DNA of 64,000 nt from Candidatus Woesearchaeota archaeon (GCA_013202845.1 JABMPT010000008.1:5415-69414), one strand, 5' to 3'; numbered from the stretch's first letter, positions 19,924 to 30,190 are shown. Program-made: numbers and translations. Notes: generated by a model from the sequence alone, not told the origin.

Positions 19924-20015
19924 AGTTAAAAGAAACTAGAACAATTTTTTAAAGGTTTTACTAAATATCCCTTCCTCTACAACCTTTATATAATCATCTT
20001 CTTTTCTTTTTCGTT

Positions 20016-20486
20016 ATGAAGAGTTTTTCAAAAGATGAAATTGAGGGAACTAGAAACTTCTTTAGAAATAAAAACTTTCAAGAAGTGGATGTATCTTTAG
20101 GTGATAGAACCTTTAGTTATTTTGTAGTCCCTCAATCTCAAGAACCAAACTTAGTTAACTTTGTTGTTCGTTTAACAGGAAAACCTGAGGATGGTTATGT
20201 TCTGGGCATTTCAGACAGCGTTGATTCAAGATATAGGCAGTATGCTGTGGTTCATGAATTCATAGAGTTCGTTGAGATAGGTATCAACACTAAAGATAGA
20301 TGTGTAAAAGCTTTAGATGAAGAATTAAAATTGGTTCCTGAGGACTTAAAGCCTGATTACATTAGGATGAGAGCTGAATTCTTTAGAAATCTGATTCCTT
20401 TCTGTTCAAAACAGCCTGAGTTCTATACAAACGATGATTTGAATCAATTCAGAAAGAATCTTGCTAAATTAGAAGAGTTAGTATAA
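20016..20486 (+). CDS. Hypothetical protein with HExxE motif (paralog of 32895-33365)
   Basis: 156 aa; 20 differences from the second copy by manual comparison. Confidence 0.8.
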   Translation: MKSFSKDEIEGTRNFFRNKNFQEVDVSLGDRTFSYFVVPQSQEPNLVNFVVRLTGKPEDGYVLGISDSVDSRYRQYAVVHEFIEFVEIGINTKDRCVKALDEELKLVPEDLKPDYIRMRAEFFRNLIPFCSKQPEFYTNDDLNQFRKNLAKLEELV

Positions 20487-20521
20487 GGTCCCTCTATTGC
20501 TTTCTATAATAACCCTCACAA

Positions 20522-20890
20522 CTATTCTTCTTCAATAATCATCTTTGCGAAGGTTTCATAATCAGTTTCAATGATTATTATTTTATATCCAAAAGCCAGA
20601 CCTATATCCATTCCTTTTTTTACTTCACCATTATGAGTGTATTCTAATTCTACTCCTAATCCTGACCATATGCACTTTGCGCCTCTAGGACATGGCGAAT
20701 TATAGAATTCAAGGATTTTCACTTCAAAATCAACATCTTTAATTATTGCCGTTTGATTTAAGTGCAATATGAATTCTTCATTTAAGTTAACGTAAATATC
20801 TTCATAATGTTGAGTGTCAGGTGTTTTCTGGCTACAACCAGCTATTATAATAGAAACCATTATAACAACAATTATTAGCGACTTATTCAT
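20522..20890 (-). CDS. Putative lipoprotein
   Basis: IIAGC lipobox; SPCPRGAKCIWSG motif. Confidence 0.75.
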   Translation of the reverse strand: MNKSLIIVVIMVSIIIAGCSQKTPDTQHYEDIYVNLNEEFILHLNQTAIIKDVDFEVKILEFYNSPCPRGAKCIWSGLGVELEYTHNGEVKKGMDIGLAFGYKIIIIETDYETFAKMIIEEE

Positions 20891-20950
20891 AGATCATAAC
20901 TTAAGATAGAAAATATATAAATATTGTCATAACTTCTAACTTGTTAAGAA

Positions 20951-22147
20951 TTAAAAACTTTCTTGCGCCTCTCTTTTGCATTGTCTGTACAACTCGTTAG
21001 ATGGGTCTAGTTCTATTGCTCTGTCATAGTTCGGTATTGCTTCTTCTAGTTTTCCTTGGTCGACTAGTGTTTCTGCTTTATTAATCCATGCGTTTGAAAA
21101 TGTTGGGTCTAGTTCTATTGCTCTGTTATAGCATTTTATTGCTTCTTCTAGTTTTCCTTGGTTGACTAGTGTTATTCCTTTGTTGCTCCATGCTGTTGCG
21201 TCTTTTGGTTTTATTTCTATTGCTTTATCAAAACATTCTATTGCTTCTTCTAGTTTTCCTTGGTCGTATAGTGCTGCTCCTTTGTTGTTCCAAGCAAGTC
21301 TATGTTTTGGCTTTAGGCTTATTGCTTTGTCATAGTTTTTTATTGCTTCTTCTAGTTTTCCTTGTTTTCTTAGTGTTAATCCTTTGTTGTTCCATGCCAA
21401 CGCGAGTTTTGGTTTTATGTTGATTGCTTTGTCATAGCATTCAATTGCTTCTTCAAATCTTTTTAAGTTTTTCAGCGCTACTCCTTTGTTGTTCCATGCT
21501 GTTGCGTATTTTGGTTTTATGTTGATAGCTTTATCATAGCATTCTATTGCTTCTTCTGGCTTTCTTTGGTCGGCTAGTGTTATTCCTTTGTTGTTCCATG
21601 CTCCTGTGTATTTTGGGTTTAGTTTTATTATTTTATCATAGCATTGTATTGCTTCTTCTAGTTTTCTTTGTTTTCTGAGTGCGTTTCCTTTGTTGTTCCA
21701 TGCAAATGCGTCTTTTGGGTTTAATTTTATTGCTCTGTCATAGCATTGTATTGCTTCTTCAAGTCTTTCCAAGTGATATAGTGTTACTCCTTTGTTGTGC
21801 CATGCGTCTGCGTATTTTGGGTTTATTCTTATTGCTTTGTCAAAACTTTCTATTGCGTCTTCTAGTTTTCCTTGGTTGTATAGTGCTACTCCTTTGTTGT
21901 ACCATGCGCCTCTGTCTTCTGGGTCTATCTTTATTGCTTTATCATAGCATCGTATTGCTTCTTCATATCTTTCCAAATTATGTAAGTTTGCTCCTTTGAT
22001 AATCCATGCGTCTGCGTCTCCCTGCCCCATTGCTAGCAAGAACCAATTTTTAAGTCTTTTTGTTATCTTTTCTTCTTTTATTTTAATTTCTATCTCTGCC
22101 AACTCTTCAAATTCTCTTTCCAGGTTTAAGTCTTCATCCAAAGTCAT
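20951..22147 (-). CDS. TPR repeat protein (10 repeats)
   Basis: Ten 34-aa units of AWxNKG...EEAIxxYDxAIxxxP. Confidence 0.92.
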   Translation of the reverse strand: MTLDEDLNLEREFEELAEIEIKIKEEKITKRLKNWFLLAMGQGDADAWIIKGANLHNLERYEEAIRCYDKAIKIDPEDRGAWYNKGVALYNQGKLEDAIESFDKAIRINPKYADAWHNKGVTLYHLERLEEAIQCYDRAIKLNPKDAFAWNNKGNALRKQRKLEEAIQCYDKIIKLNPKYTGAWNNKGITLADQRKPEEAIECYDKAINIKPKYATAWNNKGVALKNLKRFEEAIECYDKAINIKPKLALAWNNKGLTLRKQGKLEEAIKNYDKAISLKPKHRLAWNNKGAALYDQGKLEEAIECFDKAIEIKPKDATAWSNKGITLVNQGKLEEAIKCYNRAIELDPTFSNAWINKAETLVDQGKLEEAIPNYDRAIELDPSNELYRQCKREAQESF

Positions 22148-22344
22148 AATAATAGAAAGTAAAACAATTTTTTAAAGGTTTTACTAAATATCCTTCCCTC
22201 TACAACCTTCAACAACTTTCTCTATTTATTATCTTTTTCAACTCTTTTAAGAATTAACTTCTTATTTCTTCAACGAATCTACTTGCATCCTTTGGATTCT
22301 GAATAAGAATAACATCTCTATAGCTTTCTCCAAAAGTATTCCTT

Positions 22345-22923
22345 CTATTTCATTGAATCTTTAAAGTCTTGTTTTATTATTAAAATATATTTTGAGACTG
22401 TTTGTATAAGTTCGTTTGATGTCGAAAAGTTTGATCCCCTTTTTTTGTCAAAATATGTGAATAAAGTTGTTTTAATGCCTAGACTATTGAGATTCTCAAT
22501 TACTGGAACAAAATCACTATCGCAAGCTATAAGAATTATTTTTTTTATTTCTTTATGTTTTATTGGTACTGTCATTAAGTCCATTGTAAGAAATGTATCA
22601 ACCCCTTTTTGGTGATATTCTATTTTGTGGTTCTTTATTATTTTTTGGCATCTTCCTTCTCTGACAGTAATAATCTTATTATTTGATAATGTTCTTATAA
22701 AATTATCATAGTTCTCCTTTCTCTTGTTCTCATCTTTTGTTGGTTTTGATGATTGAAAAGGTGGTGCAGTGTAATAGAAAATATGTTTGCAGTATAAACC
22801 TTCTTTTTTTGAGAATATTTTTGATAAATTAAAGATGTTATTCTTCAGATATTTGCCTCTACCAAAATATTTTGATAATTTTGAGAGAAACCCTGCATCA
22901 ATAAAAACGATGGTATCTTTCAT
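22345..22923 (-). CDS. NYN domain (PIN-like) ribonuclease
   Basis: VFIDAGFL, QKGVDTFLTMD, IACDSDFVPV, SNELI; GGAGGAG SD. Confidence 0.88.
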   Translation of the reverse strand: MKDTIVFIDAGFLSKLSKYFGRGKYLKNNIFNLSKIFSKKEGLYCKHIFYYTAPPFQSSKPTKDENKRKENYDNFIRTLSNNKIITVREGRCQKIIKNHKIEYHQKGVDTFLTMDLMTVPIKHKEIKKIILIACDSDFVPVIENLNSLGIKTTLFTYFDKKRGSNFSTSNELIQTVSKYILIIKQDFKDSMK

Positions 22924-22942
22924 AAGGACTCCTCCTGATTAG

Positions 22943-22977
22943 AAAAAAGTCATCCAGCAACCCAGAGGGATCACTGG
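22943..22977 (-). terminator. GC-rich hairpin plus U6 tract in the 5' leader of the NYN gene
   Basis: Minus strand CCAGUGAUCC-CUCU-GGGUUGCUGG, then AUGACUUUUUU. Confidence 0.5.
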
Positions 22978-23109
22978 GGATCATTTTAATAATATTAATA
23001 TTAATATCTTTATAAATATTGCTCTTTTTTAAGCTCACCATACTTTTTCTCATACATCACTTTTTTCCCTTATCCCTTCCTCTATAATCTTTCATAATCA
23101 ACTTTCCAG

Positions 23110-23153
23110 AACTATTCTTCTTCAATAATCATCTTTGCGAAGGTTTCATAATC
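23110..23153 (-). pseudogene. 44 bp remnant identical to the 3' end of the lipoprotein gene 20522-20890
   Basis: Exact match to 20520-20563, including the stop codon. Confidence 0.8.
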
Positions 23154-23162
23154 TGTTAATAA

Positions 23163-24254
23163 TCAAATCTCCTTAACATTCAACTCAAAGAGCTCTTCAA
23201 TATTCTTAAACCTCAAGTCATCTTCAGAGCAAATAAAAGTTATGGCATGACCTTTTTTATCAATTCTCCCAGTTCTTCCAATTCTATGAATATAAAACTC
23301 TGTTCTTGTTGGAACATCATAGTTAACTACCAAGTCAACATTTTCAATATGGAGTCCTCTTGCAGCAACATCAGTCGCGACTAAAATTGGAACTTTGCCA
23401 TTCTTAAATAAATTAAGATGTTTTAGTCTTTCATTTTGAGTTAAGTTACTGCTAATAGCTCTGACAGATAGTTTATTATCATTTAGAAACTTAGCAACCT
23501 CGTGACACCTAGACCTAGTATTGCAAAAGATTAATATTTTCTCAAACTTTTTACCTGCAAGTAATTCAAGAAGAACTTCATTCTTATCTAGAATCTCAGA
23601 AAATAATTTTTCTTGAATAATATTTTTTGGAATTGGAGAGCCAATAGAAAGAAACTCATAAGGTGAGATCTCTTCATCCATAAAGGTTCTAACTTTCCCT
23701 GTGATTGTCGCAGAAGAAAGGATAAATTGAGCATCACTGCTGGCTCTTTTTTTCACATAAACACATTCATCAAAAAAGCCATCATCAAACATTTGATCGC
23801 TTTCATCAAAAACAATAAGTTTAGTTTCACCAATCTTAATTTTTTTACTATTAACATGTTGAATTAATCTTCCAGGAGTTCCAACCATTATATGATTATT
23901 CCTATCAGTTGTTTTGTAATCCTTTGAAGCTTCATGACCACCATAAAGCATTCCAACATTCAAATTAAGAGGTCTGCAAAGATTTTGAATCTCTTTTCCA
24001 ACCTGAATACAAAGCTCTCTAGTAGGAACAAGAACAATCATCTGAATACCAATCTTTTTGTTAATTTTGCTAAGAAAACCAATGGTGAAAGCCAGAGTCT
24101 TACCACTGCCAGTTCTGGAAGTAAAAACAATATTCTTGCCTTGAATAGCTAAAGGAATGACTTTTTCTTGAACTTCCAAAGCTTCTTTAAACTCCAAACT
24201 ATCAAGAGCATTAATTACTTCTTTTTTGAGACCAAGCTGTGAAAATGATTTCAT
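23163..24254 (-). CDS. DEAD-box RNA helicase
   Basis: Q motif, TGSGKT, PTREL, DESD, SAT, ARGLH, HRIGRTGR; start MKSFSQLGL. Confidence 0.92.
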   Translation of the reverse strand: MKSFSQLGLKKEVINALDSLEFKEALEVQEKVIPLAIQGKNIVFTSRTGSGKTLAFTIGFLSKINKKIGIQMIVLVPTRELCIQVGKEIQNLCRPLNLNVGMLYGGHEASKDYKTTDRNNHIMVGTPGRLIQHVNSKKIKIGETKLIVFDESDQMFDDGFFDECVYVKKRASSDAQFILSSATITGKVRTFMDEEISPYEFLSIGSPIPKNIIQEKLFSEILDKNEVLLELLAGKKFEKILIFCNTRSRCHEVAKFLNDNKLSVRAISSNLTQNERLKHLNLFKNGKVPILVATDVAARGLHIENVDLVVNYDVPTRTEFYIHRIGRTGRIDKKGHAITFICSEDDLRFKNIEELFELNVKEI

Positions 24255-24304
24255 AGAAATAATGAGAGTAGAATATTTTAAAAGTGTTGTGGATAATAAT
24301 AAAG

Positions 24305-24314
24305 TGCCCCGAGC
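24305..24314 (-). repeat. Repeat family P copy 4
   Basis: GTGCCCCGAGCGGGCAT imperfect palindrome. Confidence 0.85.
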
Positions 24315-24435
24315 GGGCATTAGTATCTAAACAACTTTTATTTCTTCCAATTCTGGAAAATTAATATTATTTTAAAAAGATATAGAACATCTCCCCTCAC
24401 AACATTTTTATACTCTCTCTTTAATATTCCTTCTT

Positions 24436-26367
24436 ATGAAGTTTAAATCTTTTGTTCTTGATAAGTTCCAAGAAGACTCCATAAATGCTATTCAAAATGG
24501 TTTTTCTGTTCTTGTTTCTGCACCTACTGGTTCTGGTAAGACCTTGATTGCTGATTTCATCATTGATAAATTTTTAAATGAGAATTCGAGAATTATTTAT
24601 ACTGCTCCTATTAAGGCTTTGTCTAATCAGAAATACAAGGAGTTCACTGACTCTTATGGTGAGGGGAATATTGGTTTGATTACTGGTGATTTGGTTATTA
24701 ATCCTGAGGCTCAGATTCTTATTATGACTACTGAGGTTTATCGTAACATGGCTATTGTTAAAGATCATACATTAGATTCGGTAGCATATGCTATCTTCGA
24801 CGAGATTCATTATATTAGTGATTTGGAGAGGGGTTATGTTTGGGAGGAGTCTATTATTTTTAGTCCTGATCATGTTAAGTTTTTATTTCTTTCAGCAACG
24901 ATTCCTAATTCTAAGGAGTTTGCTTCTTGGGTTGGCAGTATTAAGAGTACATCTGTTAAAATTATTGTTGATGATGTACGACCTGTTCCTTTGGAGCGTA
25001 AATTCTTTGATTCTGAGTTTGGTTTATGCTCTCTTGATGAGATTAAGAAGAAGAAAGAGCTTGATAACATTCCTGATTATAATAGTTTGATGAAGGGCAG
25101 GCATAGGACTGCTAGGGTTCGTAAACCTGATTTTAGAGATTTAATTGCAATCCTTGACAATAAACTTCCTTGTATTTACTTTGTTTTCTCTAGAGTTAAA
25201 ACTATGGAGTATGCGGCTACATTAGCATATAAAAACCAGTACTTATCAAGAGAAGAGCAAAAACAAGCTATTTCTATTGCAAGTTCTGAATTCAATAAAT
25301 TAAATAAAGAGATTCTTTCTTTAAAGACTACTTTAAAACTTAGGGAGTGTATTCCTAAAGGGGTTGCTTTTCATAATGCTGGTATTCTTCCTGAACTTAA
25401 GCATATCGTTGAAAAACTTTTTTCCAAGGGTTTAATCAAGGTTTTGTTTGCAACTGAAACTTTTGCTGTTGGTATTAATATGCCTGCAAAAACTGTTTGT
25501 TTTGATAGTTTAAGAAAATATTCTGATTCTGGTTTTAGATATCTAACTTCTAAAGAGTACTTCCAGATTTCAGGTAGAGCAGGTAGAAGAGGTATTGATA
25601 AGAAGGGTTTATCTGTTGCCATGATTTTTCGCCCTAGTGCCGAGCTTGGCAGAATTAAACAGTTCACTACTAAGGATGTTTTGCCTTTGCAATCACAGTT
25701 CAAGATTACTTACAACACAATTCTTAACATGATTAATCAGCATACTCCTGAGGAAAACAAAAAGATTCTTACTATGAACTTCTTTACTTATCAAAAACTT
25801 AAAGGTGCAACTTCTAATAGGTTGCTAGGTTCTATTAAGGCTCGCTTTACTAAAGCATCTAACCTTTTAACTGGTTTAGGTTATATTCAGGACAATAAAT
25901 TAACTGAATTAGGTTTGTTCACTACAAAGATCTTCGGAAATGAGTTGGAAGTCTCTCAGATGTTTAAGGGTGACTTGGAACTTGATGAGTATTCTATTTT
26001 GTTATTACTTGCATCTCTAGAATATGAGGGTAAAAAAGAAACTATTTTTCAGAAAACTTTTGAAAATGCAAATACAAGAAAGCTCTATAAGCAAATTCAA
26101 TCAAACTCAGTCCTTAGACGCGGTGATTGGCCTAGGAACATTGATAAGCTAACTGCAATCATTCACCCTTTATATCATGGTAAGAAGTTCACAGAGATTC
26201 TTAAGAATACAAACTTGCTTGAAGGTGACTTAATAAGAATCTTAATGCGATTAATGGATAAGCTAGAACAAATAGGTAAAGCTTCAAATGATAAAAAATA
26301 TTTGCTCATGGTTAAAAATTGCAAACAAATAATCAGAAATTCTCTTGAAGGAATACATTTGTTTTAG
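24436..26367 (+). CDS. Ski2/HelY-like superfamily II RNA helicase
   Basis: APTGSGKT, PIKALSNQK, DEIH, LSAT, ATETFAVGINMPA, QISGRAGRRG. Confidence 0.92.
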   Translation: MKFKSFVLDKFQEDSINAIQNGFSVLVSAPTGSGKTLIADFIIDKFLNENSRIIYTAPIKALSNQKYKEFTDSYGEGNIGLITGDLVINPEAQILIMTTEVYRNMAIVKDHTLDSVAYAIFDEIHYISDLERGYVWEESIIFSPDHVKFLFLSATIPNSKEFASWVGSIKSTSVKIIVDDVRPVPLERKFFDSEFGLCSLDEIKKKKELDNIPDYNSLMKGRHRTARVRKPDFRDLIAILDNKLPCIYFVFSRVKTMEYAATLAYKNQYLSREEQKQAISIASSEFNKLNKEILSLKTTLKLRECIPKGVAFHNAGILPELKHIVEKLFSKGLIKVLFATETFAVGINMPAKTVCFDSLRKYSDSGFRYLTSKEYFQISGRAGRRGIDKKGLSVAMIFRPSAELGRIKQFTTKDVLPLQSQFKITYNTILNMINQHTPEENKKILTMNFFTYQKLKGATSNRLLGSIKARFTKASNLLTGLGYIQDNKLTELGLFTTKIFGNELEVSQMFKGDLELDEYSILLLLASLEYEGKKETIFQKTFENANTRKLYKQIQSNSVLRRGDWPRNIDKLTAIIHPLYHGKKFTEILKNTNLLEGDLIRILMRLMDKLEQIGKASNDKKYLLMVKNCKQIIRNSLEGIHLF

Positions 26368-26445
26368 ATAAAGTCATCTGATTTCATAAAGAATAATAGG
26401 TAAGTATAATATAAAAAGTTTTTGAAAATAAAGTAAATCTGATTC

Positions 26446-27282
26446 TTAACCCATGACTTGTTCGGGAAAAGCATTTTGTGTAGAACCAATTCTTTTCATG
26501 ATGTTAACATAGTATTTATTATTTATATGAGGATATTTTTTAATTAAGGACACATATTCGGATTTTAAAGTTTTAATGTCAGTTGAAGTGTGACCTTTTA
26601 ATTGTTCAAAGATTGAAGGATTACAAACTGCTGCTCGTCCAATCATAACTCCTTTTACACCTAGTTTTTTCATATAATTTACTTTTTCAACAGAGTCTAT
26701 ATCACCATTTGCAATTATGGTTTTTCCCGTATCTACACATTCAGGATAGATTTTATCGTCCGCCTTTGACTCATAGTCTTCCTTACCATGTCTTGCATGA
26801 ATTATGAAAAAGTCAGCGTCAACATTTTTTAGTAAATTAAGATAAACAAATTTTTCTTTTTCATACTGGTTCAATCCTAAACGCATTTTTATAGAGCAAG
26901 AAAAGCCATTATTCTTTACTATTTGAACTAGTCGATTAACTTTTGATATTCTTTTCATCAAAGCACAACCTAAGCCAATTTTTATTAGGTGAGGACTTGG
27001 ACAACCAAGATTAAAATTTATTCCTTGAAAACCTTCTGTTGGTTTAAATTTTTTTAAGAAAAGTTTAAGATGATCTTCGTTCTTGGCAGCTAATTGTATC
27101 TGTGTAGGAACATTGTTTAGAATCTCAATTCTTCTCTCTGTACTCTTATTGTTTCTTATCAAACCAGTCAATCGAGTCATCTCAGTAAAAGTAAGATCAG
27201 CTCCATGATTAAAACAAAGCTCTCTAAAAGCATTATCAGTATAATCCTCCATAGGTGCAAGCATGAACTCAAAATCTTTCAT
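26446..27282 (-). CDS. tRNA-dihydrouridine synthase family protein
   Basis: LAPM, NLGCP, KMRLG, IHAR, ANGDI, GVMIGRAA. Confidence 0.9.
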   Translation of the reverse strand: MKDFEFMLAPMEDYTDNAFRELCFNHGADLTFTEMTRLTGLIRNNKSTERRIEILNNVPTQIQLAAKNEDHLKLFLKKFKPTEGFQGINFNLGCPSPHLIKIGLGCALMKRISKVNRLVQIVKNNGFSCSIKMRLGLNQYEKEKFVYLNLLKNVDADFFIIHARHGKEDYESKADDKIYPECVDTGKTIIANGDIDSVEKVNYMKKLGVKGVMIGRAAVCNPSIFEQLKGHTSTDIKTLKSEYVSLIKKYPHINNKYYVNIMKRIGSTQNAFPEQVMG

Positions 27283-27433
27283 AAATAAAAGTTTTGAGAA
27301 CTAGTTTAATAAAGGTATTGAATTAAAGCAAAAAATGAGCTTTATACCGAGTTGTTTATAAAGAGAGGATGTTATTTAATAGTTAGAAAGTATTATTTAG
27401 AAAATAAATAATATTAAACGAGGAAAAATTAAA

Positions 27434-27604
27434 ATGGAAGGACGAAATAGAAGCGGCGGAAGATTTAACGACTCCCCAAGAGAAATGCATAAAGCAACGT
27501 GTGCTGATTGCAAAAATGAATGTGAAGTACCATTCAAACCTACAGAAGGTAAACCTGTCTACTGTAAAGAATGTTTTTCAAAACGTAAACCACAAAGATT
27601 TTAA
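27434..27604 (+). CDS. CxxC-x17-CxxC domain zinc-finger protein, not in ORF track
   Basis: PREMHKATCADCKNECEVPFKPTEGKPVYCKECF. Confidence 0.88.
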   Translation: MEGRNRSGGRFNDSPREMHKATCADCKNECEVPFKPTEGKPVYCKECFSKRKPQRF

Positions 27605-27664
27605 TTTCTAAGATTTTTGAATTACATAATTTTTTTATTCTAAGTTTTCTAACCAAAATAAGAG

Positions 27665-27674
27665 TGCCCCGAGC
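27665..27674 (-). repeat. Repeat family P copy 5
   Basis: TGCCCCGAGC. Confidence 0.85.
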
Positions 27675-27700
27675 GCATCAAAAAGACTATTTTGTTTTGG

Positions 27701-28795
27701 TTATTGTTCAGGAAGTATTCCGTTTTCAAGATAGGTTTTGATTTCGAGAAGGCTTAGCCCTGCAAGCCCCAAGGTTTTAAGGCTGCGTTTTTTCTGGGCG
27801 AAATAATCAATATCTAATATTGCGGAACCAATAGCGACCATAGCCTGTGCTGTAGGTGTGGGAACATTAAGAAGCTCGCCCATTTCACAGTATAATACTA
27901 GCCCAAAGCCTATGTCTTCATGAAAATAGCGGTGATCTAATGTATTGGGACTGGTGAAACCAGCAAATCCCTTACCATTTTTATAACATTCTAGATAGTC
28001 CGTGCTTTCTGCATACCCTTGAGCCACGCAGGTCTCTGGATCAGGTCGAGCTGAATATCCAAAAGCCCTGAGAATGGCCATGCGTTCTTCATCAAGTTTT
28101 TTGATTAGCTTGGCTACCGAAGATGATAACCCTTGATTATAGAAAAGCATATCTTCATTTTCAAACCGTGCTCCATTTAAAAGGGCTATGGGTGGATGAA
28201 TCACGGGGTTAGCATTATTTAATCCTGCTTCAAGCACGCTTTTAGCACGCACAAGTCCCGGAAACAGTTTTTCAAGTGACGGTCCTACTTCATCGATTCT
28301 ATTGGCGGGAAAAGTACTGTATAAAACTCGTCCAACCTTCACTGCAATATTAATCTTGTTCCCTTTTGCTCGACATCCATAAGTAAGGGTATGAAATTCT
28401 CCAAGAAGCGGCAGTTCCTTCAAGCCCCTTTTACGAAATATATTGGCAAGATATAGTGATCCGCCGGTTGATCCTGGATTGAGTATAACACATTGCTCTG
28501 GTTTTACAAGAGAGGTAAGTTCCTGCCCTACTCTTTCGTGCGTGAGAGCCTGAGTACAGATCATAATCATGTCTGCACCGTTAACTGCTTTGGCCAAATC
28601 AGATGTAATAAACTCTAATTGGGCTGTTCCCTGTACTGCTCCTTGCAAAGTAATTTGAGGTTTTTCTTTGAGCATGTCAATATTAGCTGCATACTCAGGA
28701 AACTCGAAGAGCCGTACTTTTTTCCCCTGTAGAGCCAGGTCTCCAGCTGCAGCTTTACCACCATTACCAGCCCCAATTATTGCTATAGTTTCCAT
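27701..28795 (-). CDS. NAD(P)-dependent opine (octopine/nopaline) dehydrogenase family protein
   Basis: IIGAGNGG, NANPVIHP, LDEER, HRYFHEDIGFGL, VPTP. Confidence 0.85.
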   Translation of the reverse strand: METIAIIGAGNGGKAAAGDLALQGKKVRLFEFPEYAANIDMLKEKPQITLQGAVQGTAQLEFITSDLAKAVNGADMIMICTQALTHERVGQELTSLVKPEQCVILNPGSTGGSLYLANIFRKRGLKELPLLGEFHTLTYGCRAKGNKINIAVKVGRVLYSTFPANRIDEVGPSLEKLFPGLVRAKSVLEAGLNNANPVIHPPIALLNGARFENEDMLFYNQGLSSSVAKLIKKLDEERMAILRAFGYSARPDPETCVAQGYAESTDYLECYKNGKGFAGFTSPNTLDHRYFHEDIGFGLVLYCEMGELLNVPTPTAQAMVAIGSAILDIDYFAQKKRSLKTLGLAGLSLLEIKTYLENGILPEQ

Positions 28796-28894
28796 TGTAA
28801 GAAGGAAAACAAATATGACGATATATAAAATCATTGTTTTAATTTATTTTCATCAGAGAATTAATCTTCTGGAATGTAGCCATGACCTGTTGAT

Positions 28895-30190
28895 TCAAAT
28901 ATTGCATCTTGCCTGGCTCAACACAGGAGCTATTGTTCGTTCAACAGCTTGATCAATTAGTGCTTCTGTCATGGCACCTGGAGGCGGTGCAATTCTGGTA
29001 TATGCTCTTCTTGTTTTAGGATTATAATGCCCGTGTTTCATGAATATTCTGGGATCTCTTCCTTGACCTAACAACATTTCCAGGCATGAATGCTTTGCTG
29101 TATCTACTCCCTCCAATTCCACTCTGATTAATAAACCTCTATGATCAACTGTGACTCCTTCTATTCCTTCTAATTGTCTAACAAAGTAATCTCCGAGTTC
29201 CTTAGCTCTTTTGGGAATTCCTTCTCTGTCTATATATTCAAGTGAAGCGCACGCAGCTGCACAAGCTAATGAATAACCACCAAAAGTGCTTCCATCACTG
29301 CCGGGTGTGTAGATTCTCATAAACTGCTCAGTTCCAACAACTGCTGAAACAGGAATAATGCCTCCTCCTAAGGCCTTACCCAAAGTTACAAAATCAGGTC
29401 TAGCTTCATCTCCATACTCTTGCCAAGCCATCATATAACCACATCTACCTAATCCTGTTTGAATCTCGTCTGCACCAAAGAATATATCCCTTTCTGTTGC
29501 AAGTCGTCTTATTGCCATATAATGGTCTTTTGTAGAGAATAATGGTCCTCCTTCTCCCTTGTGTGTCTCAACAAATATTCCAACTGTATTTTCGTTGATT
29601 GCAGCTTCAATAGCTTCAACATCATCATCAGCAACAACCACGCCCGGTGCTCTTGGCACTCTTCTGTTTGACTGGTCAGGATCAAACAGTGCATTTGATG
29701 CAAATATCCAGGTTCTTCCATGAAAATAATCCTTAGTAAGGATTACTTCAGGATTTTCAATGCCTCTTTCATGGCCATGCATTAATAACCCACTAATAGC
29801 AGAATCTGTTGCAGAACCCCCATCACTTTTTGAGAGAACTCTGTCATAACCAGTCAACTGCGCAACCAATTCGACAAAATCGGCATATCTTACAGAGAAA
29901 AGAGCTCTGCTTACCAAGTCACAACCATGCTCCATTTCTCTCTTTACAGCTTCTATAACCCCTTCATGCCCATGTGATAAGACTGCTGAGTAAGCAGATA
30001 GAAAGTCTAGTGCTTTGTTTCCATCTGGATCAAATAACCATGGTCCTTGTGCTCTATATACAACAAAAGGATAAGGTTCATAATTTCTTGCACTGTGACC
30101 CTCTATTCTTCTAATAAGCTCTGCACTTTGCGGTCCTAACGGACCATAGTTTCTATCTCTAAAAGGTATAAATTTTGCCATAATGAACAC
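28895..30190 (-). CDS. Class III aminotransferase (ornithine aminotransferase-like)
   Basis: NYEPYP, DFLSAYSAV, FHGRT, ADEIQTGLGRCG, LGKALGGG, GSTFGG. Confidence 0.88.
   Translation of the reverse strand: MFIMAKFIPFRDRNYGPLGPQSAELIRRIEGHSARNYEPYPFVVYRAQGPWLFDPDGNKALDFLSAYSAVLSHGHEGVIEAVKREMEHGCDLVSRALFSVRYADFVELVAQLTGYDRVLSKSDGGSATDSAISGLLMHGHERGIENPEVILTKDYFHGRTWIFASNALFDPDQSNRRVPRAPGVVVADDDVEAIEAAINENTVGIFVETHKGEGGPLFSTKDHYMAIRRLATERDIFFGADEIQTGLGRCGYMMAWQEYGDEARPDFVTLGKALGGGIIPVSAVVGTEQFMRIYTPGSDGSTFGGYSLACAAACASLEYIDREGIPKRAKELGDYFVRQLEGIEGVTVDHRGLLIRVELEGVDTAKHSCLEMLLGQGRDPRIFMKHGHYNPKTRRAYTRIAPPPGAMTEALIDQAVERTIAPVLSQARCNI

Noticed and set aside
24255..24320. N-terminal extensions MPAR/MPRA on the DEAD helicase and on ORF 32832
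   Set aside because: These starts come from the P repeat; downstream ATGs match homologous starts and TATA spacing
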